A stretch of 64,000 bases of DNA. Origin: an uncultured Acidobacteriota bacterium (lineage in GTDB: Bacteria > Acidobacteriota > Thermoanaerobaculia > Multivoradales > JAHEKO01). The translations under genes and the position numbers were made by a program. The DNA is taken from the NCBI GenBank assembly GCA_963713825.1, contig CAVQNG010000001.1, forward strand, positions 64,001 to 128,000, in the 5' to 3' direction. The stretch's first letter is position 1, and each line of letters starts with the position of its first letter. Below the pieces are notes generated by a model. The model did no database searches. It saw only the letters and a program-made list of their open reading frames with translations, and was not told the origin of the DNA. Of the stretch, positions 9,671-17,871 are shown piece by piece.

Positions 9671-11137
9671 TCATTCGCCTGCCAGATACTTGGCGGCGCG
9701 GCGCAGGAAACCGGGCAGCTTGTCCTCTCCGTAGGGCGGGATATAGCCGTTGGTCGAGTAGTAGACGCCGACGAAGTCGCGAGCCGGATCGATGTAGATC
9801 CCCTGGCCGACGTTGCCGTGCTTCCACAGCGCGCCGTCAGCGAACACCGCGTCGAACTGGATCGAGTTCATCAGCGGCGCCTCGCCGAAGTCTTCCTTCA
9901 GGCCTTCGAACTTGGCCCCGGCCTGGAACGCCTCGACGTTGCCCCCGGTCTGCAGTCTTTTCAACACTGTGCCCGAGACGATCGGCTCCACCGCCGTCTT
10001 ATTCCAACTCGGGGTGAAGATCATGCCGAAGCGGGCGAAGTCTTCGAGGGTGGTCGAGATCAGCCCGTGCGCCACCGCCGTGCCGTCGGGCATCAGGTGC
10101 CAAAGGAAGTCCTGGCGGGCGCCGACCTTGCTCCAGACCCGCTCCTGAAACAGCTTGGCGAAGGTCAGGTTATCGAGCTTCTCGGCGGCGAGGACGAAGA
10201 CCTGGGTGACCGCCGAGGAGTATCGGAACACTTCGCCCGGTCCTTCGCCCTCGAGCTGCTCGGCTTCTCTCAGGATATCGAGCCAGTTCTCCATCTCGCC
10301 GGTGTTGGGGTTCGGCGCGCCGAACTCGGCCGAGAAGAACCGCACGATGATCGATGACGGGTCGATGATCGAGTCGAGCGTCTCTTCGAGGGCAAGACCG
10401 GTCGCCATGTTCGCGGCGTCGATCATCGGGATGCCGTCCCAGTTCGTGCCGGCGAGCTCGGGGACGTAGTCGACGACGGGTTTCGAGAGGTCGATCTTGC
10501 CGTCCTCCTCGAGCATGGCGAGGATCAGGCCGACGGTCGCCTTGCCGGGCGACATCCAGATGTGGCGGTCCATCGGGTCCATCCCCGGGTAGGTCTCGTA
10601 GACGACCTTGCCCTTGTGGATCATCAGCACGCCCTGCACTCGGTGGTTGGGGTGGACGACATAGTCCGCGAGGCTCAGCTCCCCTTCCTTGGTCGTGAAT
10701 CGAACCGCCTCCCCGATGGAGCCGTCGATCTTCCGTTCGAGCGGCATGAATCTCGGGTTGGGTGACGAATAGGCGGTGGGGAGGAACTCGCCGAGGTTGA
10801 CGATGTAGTAGAGCGCGTGGTCGCCGCCGAGCTGGAAGTGGAAGTTGTCGAAGTGCGTCCGCGCCTCGTTGGCGAACTCGAACGAGAACGGCTCCTTCGC
10901 CACGTCGACGGGGAGCGTCGTTCTTGCTCCCGGCACCTCCAGGTACTCGGCCAGGGGATTGTCGCCGGAAGAAGCGGTTTCTCCCTCCACTGCGGCACGG
11001 TTGTCCATCGCGCCGTTCTCGGCCATGGTGGCTGAGGTGCCGTCAACCGTCCGATCGTCTCCGGCATTGCAGCCCCACGCCCCCAGCACCACAAGCATCG
11101 AAACCACAAAGCCTGATCTCAGTTTTCTACCGTTCAT
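9671..11137 (-). CDS. Lipoprotein serine hydrolase, beta-lactamase/NylB-like family
   Basis: Lipobox-like AWGC, SxxK (SPGK), YSS, HGxxGQ motifs. Confidence 0.8.
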   Translation of the reverse strand: MNGRKLRSGFVVSMLVVLGAWGCNAGDDRTVDGTSATMAENGAMDNRAAVEGETASSGDNPLAEYLEVPGARTTLPVDVAKEPFSFEFANEARTHFDNFHFQLGGDHALYYIVNLGEFLPTAYSSPNPRFMPLERKIDGSIGEAVRFTTKEGELSLADYVVHPNHRVQGVLMIHKGKVVYETYPGMDPMDRHIWMSPGKATVGLILAMLEEDGKIDLSKPVVDYVPELAGTNWDGIPMIDAANMATGLALEETLDSIIDPSSIIVRFFSAEFGAPNPNTGEMENWLDILREAEQLEGEGPGEVFRYSSAVTQVFVLAAEKLDNLTFAKLFQERVWSKVGARQDFLWHLMPDGTAVAHGLISTTLEDFARFGMIFTPSWNKTAVEPIVSGTVLKRLQTGGNVEAFQAGAKFEGLKEDFGEAPLMNSIQFDAVFADGALWKHGNVGQGIYIDPARDFVGVYYSTNGYIPPYGEDKLPGFLRRAAKYLAGE

Positions 11138-11293
11138 TTCGTTACTCTCTCTCGAATCACCTTCGCATGCGCCTTCTCAGGCCGCGCCGCGTTTCATGGC
11201 GGGCCGCTTCCAGTGCCACCAAATATGCCACACGGTCGGGTGGAGAGTCTTGATGAAAAGTTGATGAACCGAAAGAGCCGCGTCGCTGCGCCG

Positions 11294-12586
11294 CTATTCG
11301 TACAGGACCAGGACGCGCGGGTCGTCCGCGAGGGCGTCCAGGCGGGGGTCGAAGCGTGCACCGGGAAACCACGGACAGTGTTCTTCACGTGCATCGTGCA
11401 GAAGGTCGACGACCCGCTCCGCGTCTCCCAGCGCGGTGTACGTCATAGCAACGTGCGGTTTGGGTGTCCTGGGCAGCGTTGCAGACGCTGCCGAGTCGGC
11501 GATCGACCTTGCCTCATCGGCCTCGCCGGCCTTGGCCAGGGCGTAGGAGAGCGCCGTCATGAAAGCGGGGTTTTTGGCGGTGATCCGAGCCGTCTGGCCG
11601 CCCGCCGCGATCGCCTCGTCGTAGAGGCCGAGCCACGCTGCCATGATGGCGACGTAGGCGTGCCCCAGATCGACATGCGGCTGGTCCTGGCGAACCGCAC
11701 GCTCGATCTCCAGAGCTTCCTGCCAGCTGCCGGCACAGAACAGGCTCCACGCGAGAGCGTGCTTGTTCAAGATGGAGTGTGGATCCAGCTCTACAGCGGT
11801 CCGTGTCGCCTCCACCGCTTCGTCGAGACGGCCAGCACCACGAAGGACCCAGGCACGATAGCTATGGCCGCGCGCGTAGTCTCTATCGAGCGCGAGCGCC
11901 TCGTCCAAAGCCGCAAGGCCCGCTTCTGTGTCGCGCCGCATGACGCCCTCTAGCCAGCCGAAGGCTGCGCGAGCGGAGACCAGATTCGGATCGATCGCCA
12001 GAGCCCGCTCACAGGCCTGAAGGGCCAGGCGCTCGCCGTCTGCAGGGCGCAGGTAGCCTCGAACGGTCTGATAGATGCGACAATCCGCGATCGCTGCGAG
12101 GGCCACGGCGTAGTCCGGGTCGACGCGCACAGCTTCTTCGAGCAACTCCACCGCGCGCGCGAGTGCCTCCGGTTGCTGGCGATTCGCGTCTCGCATCCCC
12201 TCGAGATAGTGGGAGTAGGCGAGAGGAGATGTCCTGGTTGTCTTTTCTGCCGTGGGGCGGCTCTCTGCGGGATCAATCCGCCTTACCGGTACCGCGAGGC
12301 GGTACCCCTGTTTCGGCACGGTTTGGATGTAGGCCTTCGGATCCGTATCGAGAATCCGCCGCAAGGAATACACACATCGAGCGATGGAAGCATACGAGAC
12401 AGTCTGGCCGGGCCAGACTTGGTCGTCAATCTGACCGGACTTCGCGATCTCGCCGTCGAGTTGGACCAGAGCTCGCAAGAATGCGAGCTCTTTCGGCGGG
12501 CACGGCACGTACTCGCCACCGCGGTACAGACCATCGTCCGGTTTCAGCTGATAGTCCCCGAACTCGTACAGGACTCGTGTTGCCAT
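11294..12586 (-). CDS. Winged-helix (CadC/OmpR-type) plus TPR transcriptional regulator
   Basis: YEFGDY...VWPG...LRRIL...YIQTVPKQGYRL followed by TPR repeats; likely start MATRVLYEF. Confidence 0.8.
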   Translation of the reverse strand: MATRVLYEFGDYQLKPDDGLYRGGEYVPCPPKELAFLRALVQLDGEIAKSGQIDDQVWPGQTVSYASIARCVYSLRRILDTDPKAYIQTVPKQGYRLAVPVRRIDPAESRPTAEKTTRTSPLAYSHYLEGMRDANRQQPEALARAVELLEEAVRVDPDYAVALAAIADCRIYQTVRGYLRPADGERLALQACERALAIDPNLVSARAAFGWLEGVMRRDTEAGLAALDEALALDRDYARGHSYRAWVLRGAGRLDEAVEATRTAVELDPHSILNKHALAWSLFCAGSWQEALEIERAVRQDQPHVDLGHAYVAIMAAWLGLYDEAIAAGGQTARITAKNPAFMTALSYALAKAGEADEARSIADSAASATLPRTPKPHVAMTYTALGDAERVVDLLHDAREEHCPWFPGARFDPRLDALADDPRVLVLYE

Positions 12587-12671
12587 TCGACGTTCCGCTC
12601 GGTTGAGTACCCAAGTCGTCTTGAGTTCTGACATTTTAGCTTTAGGGCGGCTCTGTACAACACCCCGGCAG

Positions 12672-12799
12672 CCTTCAGGTCGGCGATAGGGGAGGGTGGT
12701 GAGAACCAGGATCCGCGGCATGAAGCCGAGGGCACCGGCCGTAAGAGCGTCAGTGGACTCGAGGGAGAAACCGTCTCTCGCTGCCCTTATGGCTGCCAT
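12672..12799 (-). pseudogene. repA 5' remnant (~40 codons)
   Basis: MAAI...ALTAGALGFMPRILVLTTLPYRRP matches the repA N-terminus ALSAGALGFMPRLLVLTTLPHRRP. Confidence 0.8.
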
Positions 12800-12965
12800 C
12801 GACGACAGCACCTGACAACAGAGAGGTAACAATTTTGGTAACAATGAAGTACAACTGAAGGCCGTAATCGACAGCAGGCGGCATTTACGCCTGTCGAGTT
12901 AAGTCGCCTTTTTTGTTGTGTTTGCGTACTGTCATCTGCCGTGGAGTGTGCGTTTTTGAAGGACT
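12676..12965 (+). repeat. Diverged direct repeat of ~1172-1460 (repA 5' end, arm repeat, first bases of att core)
   Basis: Continuous similarity by eye, ending exactly at GGACT. Confidence 0.85.
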
Positions 12966-13121
12966 CCGTTGTCGGCCTCGGCCCAGAAACGCCTGATTGC
13001 AGTCCGGCAAGTTGCGGACCCGGTAGCGAAGAGTGAATTCGAACTTCGGGATGAGGCGATGCTAGCCGCGGCTCATTCCCAGATTTCTGCAACAACGCCA
13101 CGGGAATGGACACGATTGCGG

Positions 13122-13154
13122 TTGACACTAGGCGCCTAGCGCCTAGGCTACTAG
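13122..13154 (+). promoter_or_regulatory. TA promoter with CTAG-based operator palindrome
   Basis: TTGACA-16bp-TAGGCT containing the perfect palindrome CTAGGCGCCTAG. Confidence 0.55.
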
Positions 13155-13174
13155 TAGATTGAAAGGAGCACGCG

Positions 13175-13414
13175 ATGGGGACGGCAACCGTGAGAATTCC
13201 GGCGGAAAAGAGAGACACCCTGAGGATCATCGCGGGGATCGAAAAGACTGAGATGAAGAAGATCCTCTCCGAACTCATCGACGAGTACATCGAGCGGCAC
13301 CAGGAGACGCTGGACCTTCTTTCCCGACCCGAGTGGGTCGACATCATCGCTCGCGGCAAGGAAGAGGTGGACAAGGGCGTCAAGGGCAAGAGGCTCGATG
13401 AGCTGGCGGATTGA
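13175..13414 (+). CDS. Type II antitoxin (RHH-like N-terminus, acidic C-terminus)
   Basis: 79 aa with RBS AGGAG; overlaps the downstream RelE gene. Confidence 0.75.
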   Translation: MGTATVRIPAEKRDTLRIIAGIEKTEMKKILSELIDEYIERHQETLDLLSRPEWVDIIARGKEEVDKGVKGKRLDELAD

Positions 13415-13664
13415 GGTCAAGCCGTCGGCTGAGAAGCAGTACCTCGAGATCGACAGGACGACTCGCCGACGAATCAAGGAAACCCTGCATGATCTCGAGA
13501 GCGCCGAGCAGCCGCTTCTTCACCCGCGCGTGAGGCCCCTGACGGGAAAGCTCAAAGGCGATTACGGGGTAAGAGTTGGAAGCTGGAGGGTTCTCCTGGC
13601 ACCTGATCGAGAGTCGAAGGTGCTCCATTTCTACGCCAATCTCCCCCGTGGCGATGCGTATTGA
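13398..13664 (+). CDS. RelE/ParE family toxin
   Basis: VRPLTGKLKGDYGVRVGSWRVL...LPRGDAY. Confidence 0.85.
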   Translation: MSWRIEVKPSAEKQYLEIDRTTRRRIKETLHDLESAEQPLLHPRVRPLTGKLKGDYGVRVGSWRVLLAPDRESKVLHFYANLPRGDAY

Positions 13665-13673
13665 CCTTCTGAC

Positions 13674-13860
13674 GCCGTCAGAAACCTACATGATCTGGCG
13701 CTTGGTGCCACTGAGGTTGCAGCAGCGTTGGGAGTGACTCGTAAGACGCTGTCAGTTGTCTTGAACGCGCGAGCGGGAATCAGCCCAGCCATGGCCCACC
13801 GTTTATCCAAGGCGCTCGACTCGACACCCGAGTCCCGGCTCCGGCACCACCTTTGGGACC
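13674..13860 (+). pseudogene. HigA-type HTH antitoxin remnant
   Basis: AAALGVTRKTLSVVLNARAGISPAMAHRLSKALDSTPES; lacks the HPGE N-terminus and a normal C-terminus. Confidence 0.7.
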
Positions 13861-14111
13861 CGAGAATGATTTGGCTGGATCCTGGTGATGCTGTGAGCCG
13901 CCTGTTCGAGCGGGTGTTCACTGCTGGAAGGATCCTGCCGTCGGGGATCTCTACCTGATGATCGAGGCTTTGACGTCGATGGGGGTGTCGGAGTGGCCCG
14001 ATATCTGGGGGCTGGTCAGACCGAAAGCCGGGAGTTCCGCGTACTCAGCCATGTAGACGGGGTCAGCTAGAATCACCACTCCGACGTCATAGTCAATTTT
14101 GTCTGGGGTCA

Positions 14112-14172
14112 GGCGAGGACCCGTAGCTTTGTGTCCCTGGCTTTGGCCAGGTCTACCCTTGTCGAGGTACCA
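14112..14172 (-). ncRNA. c-di-GMP-I (GEMM) riboswitch, 3'-truncated or degenerate
   Basis: CGACAAGGGTAGACCTGGCCAAAGCCAGGGACACAAAGCTACGGGTC; the closing 3' strand was not found. Confidence 0.6.
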
Positions 14173-14293
14173 GAAACGCTACTCCTGACGAGGGCCGATG
14201 TTTAGAGGCCAGGTGACGGAAACGACGCCGTGTAAACAGAAACAGGGGAGCCAGCTTCTGTCAGCAGGGTGCTGCAGGCTGCCGAGCGGGGAT

Positions 14294-14313
14294 GGAGACC
14301 TTCGCGGGTCTCC
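14294..14313 (-). terminator. Hairpin after the PilZ gene
   Basis: GGAGACC-N6-GGTCTCC. Confidence 0.5.
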
Positions 14314-14315
14314 TG

Positions 14316-14678
14316 TCAGTGACGAACCGTTCCAGCCGCCGGAGTTCCTGATTCCAGGAATCTCCAGGCTGCCGGCTCGAGGTGATCGATCTCGATGCCC
14401 GCTGTGAAAACGGGTAGTGTCGTGCCAGGTGTAATGCGTTGTGTCTTCGTGAGGGTGCACCATGCGACACGCCCGGTCACCCTCTTGACTCTCACGCCTC
14501 GCCTCACCAGGAGAGAAATGAACTGGCCCACCTTCAGGGGACTCGAGGATCTGATTCCCAATCCCAATCGACTGAAATCCACTACATCTCCCAGGACCGG
14601 CCTGAGGAGGCGCAGGCTGGGGGTCGGCCGGCGCGAGCGGCGGCGAGCTTCCTGTTTCGTGGGTGGAGAGTGACTCAT
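14316..14678 (-). CDS. Stand-alone PilZ-domain protein
   Basis: RxxxR (RRRSRR) and DxSxxG (DFSRLG) motifs, GRVAWC, AGIE. Confidence 0.75.
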   Translation of the reverse strand: MSHSPPTKQEARRRSRRPTPSLRLLRPVLGDVVDFSRLGLGIRSSSPLKVGQFISLLVRRGVRVKRVTGRVAWCTLTKTQRITPGTTLPVFTAGIEIDHLEPAAWRFLESGTPAAGTVRH

Positions 14679-14864
14679 CTCTCGATCCTGATTCTCGTCA
14701 GGCAGATCCTCTTCGGAGTGTTCCGATTCTACGCCCGGAAAGAGACCGGTGCACTACCCGAATGGGTGGATATAGCCGGTTGTCTATTGGCCAAAGAAGA
14801 CTGTAGAGAACTCTTCACCGCGCCGTCGTTTCGGAACGACGGTGGGAAAGACGTGCTATGGGGA

Positions 14865-14888
14865 AGGCTGGCTACTGCACGGTGCTGG
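14865..14888 (+). repeat. 24-bp direct repeat copy 1, AGGCTGGCTACTGCACGGTGCTGG
   Basis: Exact copy at 17225-17248. Confidence 0.8.
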
Positions 14889-14969
14889 ACTAGGCAGTGG
14901 TGTTGCCGGACTCGAACCGGTTTTCCAGATGCTCGTTACAGTTCCCCAAGGCGGCTACGGCAACCGGGT

Positions 14970-17120
14970 TCAGTCCATCGAGTCGAGCAGCGTGAGATAG
15001 CGCGGGTGCTCTCGGAGCGGCTCGAGGTCTCCATCATTGACAATCCAGTCCTTGGATGCGAAGCCCACGGCCACGGCCCGCTCGAGGTAGTCGATCGCTT
15101 CGTCCAGGCGCTCCGCATTCGAATACGTGCAGGCAACATTGTAGAGAACGGCCGCATCGTTTGGGTCGATCTCAACGGCCCTCGCGGCCCATTCGAGGCC
15201 CTGTTCAGTCTCTCCGATGCCGATCAATGCGCCAGAACCGAGGTAGAGAGCTCGAGCATCGTCCGGATTCAGGTCCAGGTGTTTCTCGATGACCTCGAGA
15301 CTGCGATGGTGACAGTCCTTCGCCTTCTCTGATTCTCCCAAGCCGTGGTAAACGGAGCTCAGTAGACAGATCGATTGGAAGTCTTCTGGCCGAACCTCGC
15401 TTGCGTGCTCGAAGTGCTGGGCAGCCTCCAGAAGCTTGCTTTGCTGCCAGCATGAGCGGGCATAGAAGTAGTGCGCCTCGAACAGCTTGGGGTCGAGGCG
15501 AATTGCGGTTTCGAAAGCTTCCTGCGCTTCCTCGAATCTCTCCAGTAGCGACAGGGCCAGGCCACGGGAGGCATGGGCCTCAGGGCTCTCGGCAGCCAGC
15601 TCCAGCGCCTTGCGACTCGCCTCATCAGCACGCTTGAGATTCGACTCACTGTTGTCGAAATAGAGATAGAGATGGGATAACGAGTCCGCGATAGCTGCGT
15701 AGGGCGCAGCGAAGTTCGGATCGATCTCAATGGCTCGGTCGAACATCTGCAAACCGCGCTCGAAGGTCTTTCTGGTCCCACCGTAGAAGAGCCTCCTGCC
15801 ACGCAAGTAGTACTCGTAGGCCCGGACGTCGACCGCAGCCTGGTGCTGGATCGCCTTCTTCTCTTTGGGGCTGAGGGTTACTTGGAGGGCCTCGACGATG
15901 CTCTCCGAGATCTCGTCCTGGACTTCGAAGACGTCCTCCAGCTCGCGGTCATAGCGCTCCGACCAGAGCAGGGCACTGTCCCGGACATTGACCAACTCGG
16001 CGCTGATCCGAACCCGATTGCCGGCCTTGCGAACGCTTCCCGCGAGCACGGTCTCGACGTCGAGGCGCTCGCCGATCTGCCCGGGATCGGTGGTCTTGTC
16101 GCCGATCTGGAAGGCAGCCATGCGCGAGGCTACCCGTAGATCCCGCACCTTCGAAAGAGCGTTGATGATGTCCTCGGCAATTCCCTCGCAGAAGTAGTCC
16201 TGATCCTTCTGCGGGCTCATGTCCTTGAAGGGCAGAACCGCGACGGAGCGCTGCTGATCCGCCTTCACCTGCTTCAACTCAGCCGGCAGATCCTCCAGAT
16301 CGTTGCGCAGATCCTTGGCCGTCTGATAGCGGCGCTCCGGGTCCTTCTGCAGGCAACGCTGGATCACCCTGTCCAACTGGCGCGGCACATCGGATCGGGA
16401 GTTGGTGATGGGGTCTGGCCGATCGCGCAGAATCGCCGAGATCAAAGACGCCGAGCTCTCGCCCTTGAAAGGTCGCTCACCGGTCACCATCTCGTGCAGG
16501 ACGATGCCCGCCGAGAAGATGTCGCAGCGGTGATCGACCGGCCGACCTTCGAGCTGCTCGGGAGCCATATAGGGGATCGTCCCTAGCACCAGGCCTTCCC
16601 GGGTGAGGGCCTCGGTGGGCATCAGGCTCTGATCGGTGGGTTCATCGGCGACCAGGAGTTTGGCCAAGCCGAAATCCAGCACCTTGACCTGGCCCTCGGG
16701 AGTGACCATCACATTGGCAGGCTTGAGATCCCGGTGGGTGACACCCTTGTCGTGGGCGGCAGCCAGTGCCTGGACCAGCGGCACCGCAATCTCGAGGAAT
16801 CGGTCGAGATGCAAGCCGCCGGAAGGGAGCAGTTCAGCCAGGGTCTTGCCCTGAACCAGTTCCATGGTCAGGAAATGGAGACCCTCGGCCTGCTCGACCG
16901 AGTAGATGGTGACGATGCCAGGGTCATTGAGCGCAGCGACGAGCTCGGCCTCTCTCTGGAACCGACGAAGCCAATCTGGATTCTCGGCCATTTCGGCGGG
17001 TAGGACTTTGAGCGCCACCTGTCGTTTGAGCGACGTATCCTCCGCCAGGTAGACCTCTCCCATTCCACCCGCTCCGAGCTTGTCGAGAATCCTGTAGTGC
17101 GAGAGAGTCTCGCCGATCAT
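14970..17120 (-). CDS. Hanks-type Ser/Thr protein kinase with TolB-like and TPR domains
   Basis: LGAGGMGEVY, HRDLKPAN, DFG, APE; SVAVLPF domain; TPR repeats. Confidence 0.95.
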   Translation of the reverse strand: MIGETLSHYRILDKLGAGGMGEVYLAEDTSLKRQVALKVLPAEMAENPDWLRRFQREAELVAALNDPGIVTIYSVEQAEGLHFLTMELVQGKTLAELLPSGGLHLDRFLEIAVPLVQALAAAHDKGVTHRDLKPANVMVTPEGQVKVLDFGLAKLLVADEPTDQSLMPTEALTREGLVLGTIPYMAPEQLEGRPVDHRCDIFSAGIVLHEMVTGERPFKGESSASLISAILRDRPDPITNSRSDVPRQLDRVIQRCLQKDPERRYQTAKDLRNDLEDLPAELKQVKADQQRSVAVLPFKDMSPQKDQDYFCEGIAEDIINALSKVRDLRVASRMAAFQIGDKTTDPGQIGERLDVETVLAGSVRKAGNRVRISAELVNVRDSALLWSERYDRELEDVFEVQDEISESIVEALQVTLSPKEKKAIQHQAAVDVRAYEYYLRGRRLFYGGTRKTFERGLQMFDRAIEIDPNFAAPYAAIADSLSHLYLYFDNSESNLKRADEASRKALELAAESPEAHASRGLALSLLERFEEAQEAFETAIRLDPKLFEAHYFYARSCWQQSKLLEAAQHFEHASEVRPEDFQSICLLSSVYHGLGESEKAKDCHHRSLEVIEKHLDLNPDDARALYLGSGALIGIGETEQGLEWAARAVEIDPNDAAVLYNVACTYSNAERLDEAIDYLERAVAVGFASKDWIVNDGDLEPLREHPRYLTLLDSMD

Positions 17121-17224
17121 AGAAGGCACCCCTATTCTGGATTTTCTCTATCCTATCCCAGACTTTCTGGGCAGCCTCGGCACCTTCCCGAGGGCAGGAC
17201 TGCAGGAATGGCCGGGGAATGAAG

Positions 17225-17248
17225 AGGCTGGCTACTGCACGGTGCTGG
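17225..17248 (+). repeat. 24-bp direct repeat copy 2
   Basis: Exact copy of 14865-14888. Confidence 0.8.
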
Positions 17249-17268
17249 TCCTGATTGAACAGCGGCGA

Positions 17269-17553
17269 TCAGGATTCCAATTCTCGCTTCATGTCCTCGA
17301 TCTCGGCGCGCGACCATTTTCTGAGCAGGATGACCCGGGTGTCGGCGCGGTATTGAGGGGGAACAATCTGTAGAGCTTCCTCGCGACTGTCCAGATCGGC
17401 AATCAGCCAACCGGTGTGAACACCATCCTCGCAGCCCCAGTCAGTGTTGGTAATCAGGTGAGAGCCAAGTTGCATGATGGCTTCCAGAGCTCGAACGCAA
17501 CCCTCGTGTTCATTACTGTGGTGGCACTCGATGAGAAATCGCGGCACTTCCAC
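17269..17553 (-). CDS. Small hypothetical protein (ferredoxin-like/GYD-type fold suspected)
   Basis: RBS GGAGGTG; PRFLIECHH...C...WGCEDGVHTGW. Confidence 0.65.
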   Translation of the reverse strand: MEVPRFLIECHHSNEHEGCVRALEAIMQLGSHLITNTDWGCEDGVHTGWLIADLDSREEALQIVPPQYRADTRVILLRKWSRAEIEDMKRELES

Positions 17554-17871
17554 ACCTCCTACTCGAAGAAATCCTGGCGGAATTGTACCTGGTCATGGCG
17601 ATCCACTCCGAGGACGAGTGGGAACAGACGGAAATGATTCGACTCGAGCCCACCCCTCGGGGTGGTGTGTGCTGGGGTCGCTGCAGCTAGGGTTTGGGAG
17701 ATCAGGCGACTACCACTTTCCTCCTGAGGGAGGTCGCATGGCGCTCTTCAGGAAGATCGATCTGAGTCCGTACTGACAGCTGAAATCAGGCAGGCACTCG
17801 CCCTGCAAGTCCACTGAATACTCTTGTGCAATTGAGCTTTATTGAATCGACCTCGATGAAAGGATTCGCCC

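Noticed and set aside
1-14200. Integrase, transposase or relaxase for the island
   Set aside because: No ORF with tyrosine/serine recombinase, DDE or HUH motifs was recognised in the window.
17560-17870. Glycine riboswitch upstream of the GcvT-family gene
   Set aside because: Could not find the GGAGA...CCGAAG...CTCTCAGG core.
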